Both the position numbers and the translations under genes were made by a program. The notes beneath the pieces are model-generated. The model was not told where the DNA came from. It saw only the letters and a program-made list of their open reading frames with translations, and ran no database searches. This document shows, piece after piece, positions 1 to 14,129 of a DNA stretch of 64,000 nucleotides (position 1 is its first letter; every line of letters begins with the position of its first letter). Location of the stretch: the NCBI GenBank assembly GCA_012295275.1, contig CM022669.1:18104001-18168000 (forward strand), read 5' to 3'. Origin of the DNA: Chrysomallon squamiferum. Its lineage: Eukaryota; Animalia; Mollusca.

Positions 1-1420
1 TCACAAGTTCAAGAAGTTGAAGATCAGAACTCGGAGCAGTTAGTAGACCTATCACGTAATTAACAACCTAACTCTCTAACGTTCCGAGTGTCAGACCATA
101 TGTAAATCTGTATATGATAGATCACTTAGAACAGTAGAATAACCTTTAATTAATAACAGAATAGATTAAAATGTAATGATTAATACTAAATTATTTTTTA
201 TTGATAGAAAGTAACTTAAAATCATTCGATTCATTCAATCATTGTTATTAACAGTTGTAATTGAGAAATATAAATGAATAAACAATTTTATAATAAACAT
301 TAAACATTATAATTTAGAAGTAGTTAAAATTGTTTTTTTAACTCCACATATTTGTACTTCTGCAAGTATATCCATTACATAATTAAACTATTTTAGAAAA
401 GATATGACATTTAAATTCTTTTAGAAGCCATTGTGATTATTATTTGTCAACATTCTGAGTGACATTTTATTTGCTTACTGAGGTTATATTCATTATTTAT
501 CATGAGGCAATATATTAATTGTGTTATGTTTTGAAATAAACTCCATTATGCATCAGTCTTGTACAGTGCATTTCTCAAAGCTGTGCACAATTTTAAAAAA
601 AATAGTTATAATTTTGTCTCACACCCACATTAACACACCCGCCAAATTATAATTATATTTTCTCAATTAAATGTACATTTCAATGTTTTTATCTACATTT
701 CTACAAACTTTAATCAGTATATATACTGTTGACCCTTGATTTCACATACTAATACAGGGAGAACCAGTCTGGAAAATCACAAATGTAAACATTAACCCTA
801 AGATTTAACAAAACATTAAAATTTAGTACATATAACAGCTATATAATACATTAATGTAGTAATCTAATAATGTGAGAACAATAAACAGATATAAAAACAA
901 TGTAAACAATTGTAATGCAGTGTATGTAAAGAAAAATGTACAGTGTAAAAATGTAGGCCAGGTTGGGTGAAGTTTGTTAGGTTTTGATGGTTGTGGGTGC
1001 AGTTCAAAAATTTACTCTTACCTTGATGGAAAGTGGGTTGAGAGAGGGTTGTTTTGATCATATAGTGGGACTCTGAATAATGTAACAGTGACTGTGTGTA
1101 AGGTTTCAAGTTGGAAACAGAGGTAAAACAGAGGTAAAACAGATGTCCCTGAAATTAAGGATCAATAGTAAAATATTTATTTCAACATTTTAACTTTATT
1201 TCCCATTAGTATAACTGTACTTGTTTCAACATATTTGCATATATTTATCTACATGGAATACTTAAATATTTTAACCTTTAACACATTTCACTGTGTATTC
1301 ATTTCCCTGATTTAATATTTCCTGAAGCATTAATTGTGCATTTATTTTTAGATTGTAGTCTAGAACAGTTGTCAGAATTTCATTTCAGTTTTTGAAATTA
1401 TTTTCTTTTTCTTCAGCATA

Positions 1421-4400
1421 ATGAATATTTCATCAGCAAGATGTCTCTGCGGCCTTGTTCCCAGAATGGTTGGTCGTGTGCCACATTTAAGGCATTCTGT
1501 GAAATCTGGACATCCAGAACTCACAGCACCGTTTGCTAGTCTTGCAGAGCAGTTCAAACTTGCTTCGGAAATGAAACAGAAGTCGGGAAAATCTCAGAAC
1601 ATAATTCCATTCTACAGAACAGATGAAAATGACCCTGTAAGTTGAAAATAAATGACACTGTTGCTTTAGAAGGTCCCTGGCAAAACTTACATTTGATCAG
1701 TTCTAATTAGTGTAATGATATTTATTTTAAATAATATATGTTTGGAACTCTCTGATGTGAAACGAGATTGTTGTATATATAGACTGAACCACATGGTTGT
1801 TGTCTAATAATTGTATGACCACAAGTGTTTAGAAACACAATACATTTTAAAGATTTCTTGCTGCTGTTTCAGGTATTTGATAAAAGCATTCTTTATCTGA
1901 TACATTGAGTTTCCACTATTTTATTTTTTAAAACACATACAGTTAATTGCTAGTGAATATGTTGAGGTATTGTTAAGGAAGCATTCATATTTATGAATAT
2001 ATTTCAAAGACAATAATCTACACACTTTGAAGTTAATCAATGAATTTGATGGTAAAAACATGCAAGAGTTACTTAATCTTCAAGAGTACAGTTTACCAGA
2101 TACTTTTGTTAAACATTACTGAGAAGTGGAACAAATTTCACTTTTTATTCCTTTTTATGAATTTTGGATTTGTTTTAAAAATAACCTGCAAAACATTGGT
2201 ACTAAAATGAGTCAAAAGAAATTAACAATTTGTAAGTATTGTCACAGAATGACATGTATTTGGGTCATTCCGTGTCAAATCACCCAATGGGTTAAACCCA
2301 GCTGTCTCAGATTTTTATGAAACTTGGTATACTTGTTGACTGGGATCCCACAGCACCAAGTCTGAAATTTTAGGCCAATCTGACCAGTGGTGTGGGAGAT
2401 AGGGCCCCCCCAAATTTTGAGATTTTTGGCAAAAATGGGTGTGATAACCTTTGAACCCTCATATCTCAGGAACTACTGGGCCAATCTTCATAAAATTGGT
2501 ATTGTAGAAAAGGCGATATGACAAGGATTCCAAATCTGCCATTATTGTTCAGTTTGACCTTGAAATTGACACTGTGGATCACGTGACCTTGAGATGACCT
2601 TTATTGAAATTTAATCTCCCACGTGTTCAACTAAAACATATAAAAGTTTCCTGGGTGTAATATTTTTAGTTTTTTGGGGTGATTTGACATGGAATTACCC
2701 ATTTGATAAACACATTGTGTAGCATTGTTTTAAGATTTTAAAGTTTATTTATCAGAGGCAGTCATTTGGCAGTAAAGTAATTCTTGGTTTGATGTATTTA
2801 AATATCATATTTAATTTTAAGCAATTCGTTAAATTCAGGCATATTTTTTTTATTCACTCTAAATTTATCCACTAAAATTCTTGACTGTTCTTTGATTATA
2901 AATATTCTCTTTATCCTGTAATAGAGTTATAACATCTTTTTAAAATTGCAAACCCTTCCTATACATTTACAACTTTCTTCATAGTAAAAAAAAATGTATG
3001 TAATTTAATTTTTTTCTTCTTGATTTTTTTTAAACACTTGACTTTCAGTTAAACTTGTCCAGGAATATTTATGCATCAGTGGTGCATTTACAAATCTATT
3101 TCCCATGCATACATGTTTTAACAAGGTAATATTATGCCATGACAAACAAATATAAAGATGTCCCACAATAAAGACAGCTAAATAGATGTAATAAATAAAA
3201 TTTGAAAACCGCAGATGAAATTGAATCTTCACCTGATGTTTTTTGCAATCAGTTAGAGTGACACTGAAATAGAAATAAAACCTTTTTCTGTAAATGCCAA
3301 TGAAAGTAAATAATGAAGGAATGAACATGCATATACATAGCTTGTGAATTTTAAATAGGGAGGAAGGCATATGTCACAGCCTATACTGAAACAATAATGG
3401 TTTCTCATATTTGGTTTATTCTTTGCTGTTGTTTGTAAGATATACAGAAAAATCTAATCAAAATGATAAACCCATGGAATGACAAAAGTAGACTTCCTCT
3501 CTAACATGTTCATTAAACATGAAACATATATGACTGATGACAGTGAGATGAAGGGAAAACAAACAACACAACAAACAACAGCAACAACAAGAACATCATC
3601 AACAGCAAATATAATATATTGTTTTGTTAATATTTAAATGTTAAGTATATTACTGTCAAAATTTGTATCAATTCACAATCTCTTTCAGACAAAGCACAAT
3701 TCACAGCATGAAGGATTGTTCTACACTCTTCCTGATAATGTTATCAAAAAATTGTTTTCTAAAGGTCTGCCAGTAGAATTTAAAAAGCTCGTAAGTAACT
3801 GATTTTTTTTTTTACTTCATTGTAAATTTTCTTTGAAAGTGTCTTCAGCACTTTCTGAGCTAAATTGATAAAACATTATTATTAATAATAATTTTATTAT
3901 TATTATTTTTAACGTTCTTTCTTTTTCTTCTTTTTTTTGGTTTGTTTATCAAGCTTAAGGTATCTTAAATCAAAATATTTGTAAACATACTATTTGATGT
4001 GGAACTTGAAAGACCACATATGTTTTGGTAATAAATAACACCAGTATTTTTTTTCATTATTAAAAACATAGTTGTGTTCAACATACAATTGTATGAATTG
4101 AAATGATAGTTCACAAATTTATATTGTGTAAATTTATTATGTTCAACGTACTGTTATAGTATGAAATAATAGTTTTCAAATTTATATTGTGTAAAATAAT
4201 TAAGTCGTTATTAAATTTATCATATGTTTCATGTCATACATGCTTTCAGTAAAACAGAATGTAACATTTAGTCAGCTGGTTTCTTGCTTCAGAAATATTT
4301 CTCCAGTTGTACGCATTTTTGTTCATTGTTCAATAGTTTGTAATGTAATTTTTTTTCTTTTTCTTTTCAGTTTCTTTTCTTTTTTCTTTTAAATTTTTAC

Positions 4401-6079
4401 TTGCCACTAAGCACAGTCAAAGCCACCATTTAATGGCCTGAATATAAAAATAACTAGAAAACTGAAATTAATACGTACAACAAATTGTCAATATTTGTTT
4501 TGTGTGTCTGGTAACAGTGATGTTTACAGTAATACTAGCATTATTGATTGTTTTCTCCAAACAAACATTATTGATGTTTTGTCTTTAAAGCATGTTTTAA
4601 ATTTAAAAAAATAATATTTATTTATTTTATTTTATTATTTTTGTATTTATTAGGTCACATATCACTTGAGCATAATTAATCTAATTTCATTTTTAAAATA
4701 TTTTTAAAATATCATTTAAGCAATCATAACCAGGCTTTTTGTTAAACTTTAAAGCTTTCTAAGCTTATGGCTTAAATAACAGTCATCATTATACAACAAA
4801 AGGAATGTTTGCCACCTAATAGCCATTAATGCAGAAATATGCTTGTGTTGATAAATAGATATTCATTAATTCGTTTCTGGTTTTTAATTTGTCACTTTGC
4901 AGGGAAAAACACTACAAGAGTCTTGTGTTATGGTTCGTGCACCAGCACTTGAAGTCATAGAGTACATCAAAAAAATCAATCTTGACTATCCAGTTCCAAG
5001 GTTTATTCTGTGTATCCTATAACATAAGTAATAAACAACATGTGCTTACAAAGCAGCCACCACAGGAAGATTTATGATATCAGAAAAGGGGTGGGACATC
5101 AGCATTATATCACTTCCAAGATTCAGTTCAACCTCAAAATAAAAACAACAAAAACATTAGTTGGCAAAATATAGGGGAGAAATCATAGGCATTTGAAAAA
5201 ATTTATAATTATTACTTAGGTTTATGAAAGTTAAGATTTTTCTTTCTCTCTTTATTTTTATTTTATTTTTTTTAATCAATTTTTATCTGTCAAATATCAC
5301 CAGTATATAATAACACTCAAGAAATATTAAATGTCTGTTTTTCTACTGAGTAATATTTATTTTATATTGATTGCTTACTTCAATAAAACCTTAAGTAAAT
5401 TTCAGTGGTGTAATCAATATTTATGTGAAATTTTATGTAGTTTTCAACAGAATATGAATTTAAAAAACCCAAAATACAACACTGAAATTTAGCTGTTGAA
5501 ATGTAATTATGAATCAGTTTTTAATTAGTGCTGAATTCATATAGGAAAATTGTTAATTTTTAAAAAAGAATGCATTTATTTCATTTAACATTTGTTGTTA
5601 GAAATTTGAAAATTAATTTAACTGCTAAAGTTCTGTTAGATATTAACTTACATTTAGTATTAACTTAATATTTAACAGTAATAACAGCAATAATGTTTTC
5701 ATGCACATGCACACAATACACACACACAGACAGGCAGACACACACACACACAAGAATAATATTTTAAATTGTTAAATTAAAATAAACACGTTATTTGGAA
5801 GTATACATTTTACAAGTATGTCTGTACTAATAAATTCCTTAACCTAGTCAAGATGGCCGCCGGGGAGCTGGTAAGACAATGACACTCGCTCACATCATCC
5901 ATTACTGTTCCACCGACAATTGGGTTCTTGTTCATGTTCCATGGCGTATGTATCCAAACTAATTTGTTTTATTTTTAATCCTTTTCATGAATTTTTTAAT
6001 TATATGTTTTTTATGTCTAATATGTATGCATGAACAAATATTTGATGTGCTTTCAACATTTTATTTTTATTTTTAATGT

Positions 6080-6120
<41 letters not shown>

Positions 6121-9100
6121 ATCTGTTTATCTGTGTGTGTGAGAGAGAGAGAATATGATAGTATGTATACCTAGGTGTTGTTTGCATTATTTTCTTGCAA
6201 CTGTTTGTATTTGAACAAATGGCTATGACTTAAATTATTTTAAAATCTTTTACTTAATTTACAATAATAATTTCTATTTAAATAAATAGGAATGTTTATA
6301 ACAAAGAAATTTAATAAGATTTCTGTTTTCAGCGGCTCACTGGAATGTTCACTTCAAGGAGTTGTCTCCCTCATCTCACAAATCAGGAAGGATTGATCTC
6401 CCTGTAGAAGCAGCTGAATGGCTAGTCCTTTTCCGCACACAAAACCACCATCTGATTAAAGATATAACCGTAATCACACATTGTTATTTAATAAATTACA
6501 CTAAAATATAAATAGCTTTTTAAACATTATTTTTAAGGTTAAACTAAAAATATAAATAACATTTAAAATGTTTCTTATTCCTGAATAATTAATTATAATG
6601 AGTTTCTAGAGATCATTCTTAACGAATTAATTCAAGCAGATTGTTATTATTGCTGTGTACATTTATTAAAACATTTATTAAGGTCTCTTTAGAATAATTT
6701 TATTCAGAAAATACATAATGTTTATGATTATTATTTTATAACTTTAAAGAAATTTAAATTCTAAATTTCTGTTAATAAAACAGATTTTGGATAGTGATGG
6801 TTTCATTTTTTTTAAATTAATGTATTTATTTCTAACATATTTTTGTTACTCTAGTTCCTTAGTTGCACAAATGTAAAATAAACATTATTATTTAAGGAAT
6901 TTAAATATTATGTATGTGTATGTGTCATTTATTTCCTCCAGACAACATCAAGGTCAGTATGGAGCAAACGAGAATCAACTGAACAAGGAACTCCACTTGT
7001 GGATGTTGTTGATTTTGTAAGATTATTTATTTTATTTAATGCTTTCTGAATCTTAATTTTTTATTTTATTTGTAAAATCATCTTCTAAGTAATGGTAACT
7101 TTAAATAATTTTATTGTCATGATTAACCTTACATGATGTAATGGAGTTTTTCAGATGTGCACATAATATAGATGTAATATTAAAAGATTTTAAAAATCAA
7201 AATTAAAATATTTATTCACATCTGTATTTCTTCTTTCAAGTATTTTATGTGTGTTTTTTTTCATCAGGGTTTGAATCGTGTAAAATTTGCTGCAGACTGT
7301 GTTGGTGTTGTACTTAAAGAATTAAAAAAACAAGCTCAGATGAAAAAGTGAGATATTTATAATTAGATACTTATATTTTTACATAACACAAACTGTTTCA
7401 TAAATTCAGTAAGATAAAAAATGGAAAAATGATGGTTAAATGGTTCAGAATAATACTTATTTAATATAACTGTTGACATGTGAATTTGTCCTAAGGTTTA
7501 AAAAACTATCCATGAAACACTTATGTAAATAAATATATTTAAAAAAATAATAATAATAATTCCATTAATAATGGTTTTACAGAATAAAAGTTCTGGTAGC
7601 AGTTGATGGTGTTAACAGTTTCTGGACCAAAACTTGTATGAAAACCTTAGATAAAGAAGAGGTATGTTTTATCAGAAATATTTTACAAAATATAATACTT
7701 TATTTGTATTAAGTGAAAAAGAGAATAATAAAAAAGAGGAAATAGCCTTGAATATGCAGGTTTTTTTTGTTATTTTTATTTTTTTTCAATTTTATAATTT
7801 TATGTTTTTGTGAAATAATTTGTGGAAATTATCAGTATGAGAAATGGATAATATAAAGTTTACAAAACATTATTTGCAAGTTTTATATTTTCAGATTAGA
7901 GAAAGATGATTTGAAAAAACCCAATTATGATTATGTTTAAAATGTATTTATATTACAGATTACTGCAGATCAGTTATCACTTGTACACAATTTCAGAAAA
8001 ATTTTGAAGAATGACTGGGTGAGAAATGTTACATACAAGACATTTAATTTATTTTTTCTTTAATGAAAATATTGTAACATCTTCGAAGTAAAAAATATAA
8101 TATTATTAAAAAGAAAAAGAAAGAAAAACATTTTTCTTTTCAGTTGTTCAGACTGGTTCAACAGTATATTTAATAATTTGACAGGAACTTTCATAAAAGT
8201 GCAATTAACGTAAAAAATATATTCTTATAAATTAAAAAAAAAAAAATTATACCTGAATATTTAATTCATAAATGTTAGATGATTACAAAGTTATATATAG
8301 CATATATAACCAAAGAAAGTGTGATAAATTCTCTAAGTAGTGGAGACTGACATGTACTACATACATTAATATAGAGAAAAAAAATGGGATGAAGGAATAC
8401 ATGATTAACAAAACATATTACAGTACAAGAAAAATTTCTCTTCATATATAATTTATCATATTAATTTGTTAATCTGTACTACTGTTTCAGACTAATGGAG
8501 TGGTGGTGTGTACAGTAGATTCTATGGCTAATTATCGCACAGACAGAGAAAAGTATACACCTCATTATTTATTGGGAAAAGAGGTAAGTTGACATCGGGC
8601 TATAGTGAAAATAAAAATGAATTAAAATGACGTAAATATTAATAACTTACAGTTTAAATGAATAACCAGACTTTATTTTAGTTTTATTTAAAATTGAGAA
8701 GCATTTGTAAATTAAAAAAGAAAGATACATCTTGAAATATTGCTTTTATTTTGCAATGGAACTTTTTCTTAATATTTGGCATGTTTTGAAAGATAGCAGC
8801 TATTTTTCTCTAATAAGTTTCATAAATAATCTTGTTTCTATTTTGTTTTCAGGGATTTGAATGGCTGGATCCATTTGTTCCAGTTCTGGTCCCATATTAC
8901 TCAGAAAAAGAAGCCTACAGTTGTCTGGAATATTATCTAGACAAAAAATGGATTCAGACACCACAAGGTAAGGCAGGACTAAAATGTGGCCAAATTTATT
9001 TTTGAAAATTAGGTTTTATGTTAAAGGCAGGAAGAAGAAAAATAAAGTGATTTAATAGCTCATTTCTTTAATTTATTAAGCAGATTTCTTTTTTCTTTAG

Positions 9101-9472
9101 TGTTTTTCCAGCTGTGACAATCATTTAGGGACTTGAATAAATTTTCTGAAGGATACTACTGTTATTCAGTGTTAATTCTGTTTGTACAGATTCTGTTATT
9201 TAAGTGTTTTTTGAGGGGAATAGCCCAATTTCTTTCCAATAATAACATGAAAAAGATTTATTTTATAATTGTATCAATTTATATATCTCTGTTGTTAACT
9301 AATTCTCATACTCACGTCTGTAACTTAATAATGATTGCTTCACACTCACTTTTAATATACCAATATATCATTTTTGACTTTTTCAGCACGATCAGAACTT
9401 GGTAAAAAGGAACTGTTGTTTCTGAGCAACAACAATCCATTCAAACTACTGAGAGTGTGTGCATCAAGATAA
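1421..9472 (+). CDS. DAP3: Mitochondrial small-subunit ribosomal protein S29 / death-associated protein 3, ~414 aa
   Basis: Exons 1421-1636, 3689-3790, 4903-5011, 5853-5945, 6333-6469, 6942-7016, 7268-7347, 7583-7661, 7959-8018, 8491-8583, 8853-8967, 9387-9472 join in frame. Translation has DAP3 hallmarks: RTDENDPTKHNSQHEG, P-loop YGRRGAGKT, WSKRESTEQGTPL, VLVAVDGVN, LLGKEGFEWLDPFVP, GKKELLFLSNNNP. The N-terminus is a basic, presequence-like segment. Confidence 0.96.
2262..2700. mobile_element. Non-autonomous DNA transposon (MITE), 439 bp, possibly Sola superfamily
   Basis: Left end GGGTCATTCCGTGTCAAATCACCC versus reverse complement of right end GGGTAATTCCATGTCAAATCACCC (24 bp, 2 mismatches). 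4-bp direct repeat ATTT at 2258-2261 and 2701-2704. No transposase ORF. Confidence 0.85.
5012..5852 (+). other. U12-type (minor spliceosome) GT-AG intron of DAP3
   Basis: Donor GTATCCTAT at 5012; branch point TTCCTTAAC at 5835-5843; AG at 5851-5852 with no polypyrimidine tract. Removal restores PRFIL-Y-GRRGAGKT. Confidence 0.9.
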
Positions 9473-10400
9473 CTCATAGTTTCCCTCTATTAGTGTGTGC
9501 CATAAAGAAGACTTTTGTACCTTTCAGTTTCCATGAGAAATTACCTTTAGTTGATAAAGTTTGAAAAAAAAAAATGAAGAAATACATAAATTATATCATA
9601 GTCAAACATTTATTAATACCAGTTTATAAAAACTGTCATATAAAATAATCACTGGATACATACTTGTAAAATGCCTAGATGTTAGACAGGTTTCCTCAAA
9701 ATATTATTAATCCACTGGATAATAAAATATTCAACATTTAAGAAAGAAATGATTTTATTTTTTAAAAAAGAAAAAAGAACTAGGACATTATTTTTAGTAA
9801 TTTGAAGACAAACATGGCACAGAGTATTTACAAATTTGTGGAATATTGTTAATTTTGTTTTAGAAACACTAACAGAAATATATAATACAATAAATACTTA
9901 AATATGCAAAGTTTTACTTGTTTGTGTTTTAATGTCTTTACTAAAAACATTTGTTACATTCTAAAATACAGTAACAAAAAAAGAAAGAAAAAAATCTTAA
10001 TTTAGAATATTTATTTTGAAAATGAGATTTTAGTATGTTTATGCATGAGAAAAGGGCAAAACAACAATTTATTAGTTTTCCGTAACCTTTTTTAAATTCT
10101 TTTAAAAAATCTAAACAGAAAAGCAGTTAAATAAATCAAGATGAGTTAGTTCAGTCATAAACCCCAAAATATATGATTCAGTTTAACAATAAATATTAAA
10201 AAACAGACTTTATGTAACTATGAATTATATGTCACAAACAGAAAATTAAACACAAAGCAATGGCCAGCTTGTAATGATCAGATTGATTTCTGACTGGCCA
10301 TATGGTAATTGCTCAAGCATCATGTGGGCAAGTATCTAATTTCAGCAGATTATTTTACCTAAACCAGTGACTGGTTAAATGAAGATGACTAATTTGGCAG

Positions 10401-13255
10401 TTATTCCTCCAGTGGTGTACTTCTTCTAAATTGTAGCCTGGTGTTCAGTGGGTAATCTTTCTTTAGTTTAAAATCACTGATTTGATTACTGTGGAAAAGA
10501 AAGCTATCAGATGCCATCTTTTTTGTGAAGGAATGAAATATTAATATTAGTGGTTATTAAATATCCAAACATGTTAACTCATAAATGTACACCATAAACA
10601 TGTTATTAAAGTTATTTTAAGGAAAGACATTTTCTATTCATTTTTTATAAACTTTAAAAGGATAAATATACACATTTTCCTCAAAACTTGATAATCATTT
10701 TTTTTAAATGTGCTAATGTGAAGGATACATATGATTCCTTATTACTTGCTCTGTAAATACCATTTTCAACAAATGGCTCCTTATCACTTGTTCCACAAAG
10801 ATTATTTTCAAACATGTTATCAATAAATGAAGATTTGTGAATTGGACTGGCAGGAACATAAATCTGTAGGGAAAAAGAAAAAGAAACAAAATGTCTTTTT
10901 GATAGAAGTAAGAATGAATTACTGAAAATAAGGTTTTAGAGTAATTTAAGTTTTATCTCATTTTGAGTATATATTAATATAAGGATGATAACAAATAGAG
11001 AAAAAAAGAAGAAATATATAGATCTTTTGCAGTTAATACAGTACCTCATCTGTGCTTCTATTACTAGCGTTTGCTGTACTGGAATCAGTTTCTTCTGGAC
11101 ATTCACCAACAGGTTCCTCATAGTCATTTCTAACATCCATTTGACAGTAATGAGATGAAAGTAAAATTTAAACAAATATTTTAACATGTTGTAAGATTAT
11201 TTTACTGACAATATTAATAACTGCAGAATTCAGAATACATGGTAATCAGATGCTTATGATATTATTTAAACTGGGTTATTATTTCAATTTCAAAAAGTTA
11301 CAGTAGAGTTCTATACTTTATAATATAAATAAAACATTTTTTAATAAATAATAAAAAAATATTAAATTCCTCACAGTAATATGAAAAAACCCCAAAACAA
11401 CAACAATAAAAAATGGAAATTATAATTTTACTGGATAGGAAATCCTTCATAAATCATTAAATTAACATGAAGATTAATTATTAGTCGTAACTTACTCAAA
11501 ACATGCTGAACAAGCATATCTTTTCTTGAGCTGCCTCAGATGGTTATCTACTAGAAGATTTGTATTATAATTTCTGTTAGATGATCTTATTCTTTGTGAT
11601 GTCTTTTTTCTGATAGATTTGATTAAAAAGGTAGAATTTTAATTACTACTTTGTTAAGTAATTATTTAATAAAAATAATTTTAAATAATTAAGAAAAAAG
11701 ACAATGAGAGGAAAAAGAAAGAAAAAAATGTATATATATATATATGTATGTTGACAAGTACTTAAATGCACAACAATTAATATAACTACTTTTTCAGAAA
11801 TGTGACAATTTTTTTCTGAATCTGGTTTAAATCAAAATTAAAAAATTAAAATAATATAATAATAATATAATATAATACCTAAGTTTTTGAGGATGAGGCA
11901 GACATTCAAATGGCAATAATGCAAATACTTCTTCATTTTGAAAGACATTTACATCAGTTGGTTTAAATACCTGTAAATTAAATTAGCTCATTTTAACATA
12001 AATCGTGTTAAAAGACCAAATTTTTTAGCAAGGTATTATAATGAAATACAAGAAGAGAAGAAAAATTCCACTAAAAAAAAAAAAAAAAAAAAGAAAAAAG
12101 AAAGAATGAAAGATAAGAGTTAAAATTAAATTTGAATATAAAAAAAAAAAAAAAAAATGTTTTTTTACTTCAGAACATGATTGTTTTTCATTCGTATTTC
12201 TTGTAGCTCTTCCAACTGTTCCCACATGACAGGTTAAATGGCTTCAGGAAATAAAAGATAAAAAAAAAAATAATAATAATAATAATAATTAATAGAAAAA
12301 CATAAATTAAAAATATTTGGAAAAACAAAATTATAATTATTAAAAAAAAAATAATAATAATAATTATTAAAAAAAATAACATTTAGGTATTTTTAAATAG
12401 ATATATTTAACCATACAATCACTGTTTTGTTTAGATTTCAGAATATGTATTTATGTCATATATTTCAGACATGTGCAAAACAAAATCACATGCTCAAATG
12501 CCATCTTTTTATGAAACACTACAAAGTTTTGTTCCAGTGGAATATTTCAATCTTACTGGATGCCTGGGTTGTATTTTCAAAAATGATGAAGGATCTTTCA
12601 TAATAATAAGTAATGTACACAATAATTATTTAATACAAAAATGGAAATTATCAGCTGCTAATGTATGTGAAACTAAATGCATAGTTAAAAACATGCCTCT
12701 ACAAATGCACACACACACACAGTCACACAAACATACATACATTCATAAATACATATACATACATTATATATGCTTACTTATTTATAGGTGCTTTGCGAAT
12801 TTCACATATAATATCATCTTCCCTGTCAAATAAATCAAATTCCTGAGAACAATGCCGCTTTGCTGTTTGTGACATTCTGTTAATAAAATTTAAATCTAAT
12901 TTTAATAATATATATAAAAATTTGCTTTTAATATATTTGTTAAGGTGAGAGAATGAAATTTATTTTGATGTTACTTATGTACATGTCTATAATTTTAAAG
13001 ATAAATAAATAAGTTAATTTTAGATATAGTTCACAAATTGCATAAAATATTTTATTAATTTTTATTTGGTGATGGTATTGTAATGTCAGCCTCTCATTTG
13101 TTGTTTCTGTTTTAATCCCTTTCTTGCTAACTATAAACTGCACACCTTATTTTTTCTCACACAGTTATTCTCTCTCTTTCACACACACACACACATTTTT
13201 GATGTACTTACTTGCCAAAAGGTATATCAAAAAATAGCTCTTGACTGTTATCCAT
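10401..13255 (-). CDS. Uncharacterised protein, ~252 aa (MDNSQELFFDIPFGKMSQTAKRHCSQEFDLFDREDDIICEIRK...RLQFRRSTPLEE*)
   Basis: Exons 13255-13212, 12876-12778, 12241-12169, 11970-11879, 11609-11496, 11129-11045, 10863-10729, 10517-10401 all have GT/AG boundaries with matching phases and give one open frame of 759 nt. Probable non-coding first exon ends at 14142. No recognisable domain. Confidence 0.72.
10518..10728 (-). other. U12-type GT-AG intron (last intron of the uncharacterised gene)
   Basis: Minus-strand donor GTATCCTTC at 10728; branch-like TTCCTTCAC at 10533-10525 followed by AAAAAAG. The phase-0 join keeps the ORF open to a stop at 10403-10401. Confidence 0.75.
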
Positions 13256-14129
13256 TTCATTTGTAATTATCTAATTCACATTATCTCATATCATGCTGAA
13301 TAAAACAAAGTTTAACAGTAAAAAAGACAAATAATAATAATAATAATCAAGCAAAATAAAATAATAAAGAAACTTGAATATAGAAAATATCCAAAACCAA
13401 ATGATAATGGAGTATTTAAATTTCATTGTAATGATTGAAATAAGAACATATTATATCAGAAAAGACTGGAACAATTTTAATTTGTTTTCTTTTAGAATGT
13501 TTATTTGTTTGGTTGTTTTCCACTTGTTTTGGGGTTTTTTTTTGTTGTTTGTGTTTTTTCACCGCCCTTAATCCATAACAGTTAAATACAGAATTAATTT
13601 TGATTTTTATTACTGTTAGCAAAACATTTTTCTACAGTTTAAAATACACTTATTATAATAATGTAATACAGTGTTTTCAAATGTTTCCTATTGTGGAGCT
13701 GTAATACTTTTTGTTTAATTATTTAGATTTTTGTACTTCAATTGTAGTTCCAAAAAATAAGGAAAAAATTTTTTCTTCAGTTTATACAAATTTCTAGTTA
13801 ATATTAAATACACAAAATGAAATGAAAATAAACTCATAATGATCATACTAAAATTTCTTCAGATATTTTTTCATATCAAAATTATCATTTAAAAAAAATA
13901 ATAAGTTCATTTTATGAATCAGGCGTCATATTTCTTTTTTTTTTTTTTTTTTTTTTTTTATATTCCATAAATGATAACATAACCGGAGGGCGTCTTTACA
14001 AAATTGAAAAAGTTCGTCTGCTACAGAAATAATGTATCGATACTCAGATAGTTTTAATATTTCATTATCGTTACTAAACATGTTCTTAAATAATCGAGGC
14101 TACAAACGGGCACCTGTTTTATAGACATT

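Noticed and set aside
1-110. Possible non-coding first exon of DAP3 (donor-like CAC|GTAATT at 56)
   Set aside because: Plausible, given an acceptor at 1416 just before the ATG, but there is no independent support.
13212-13260. Alternative start MKWITVKSYFLIYLLA (signal-peptide-like) for the minus-strand gene
   Set aside because: That frame stops in the next exon; at most an overlapping uORF.
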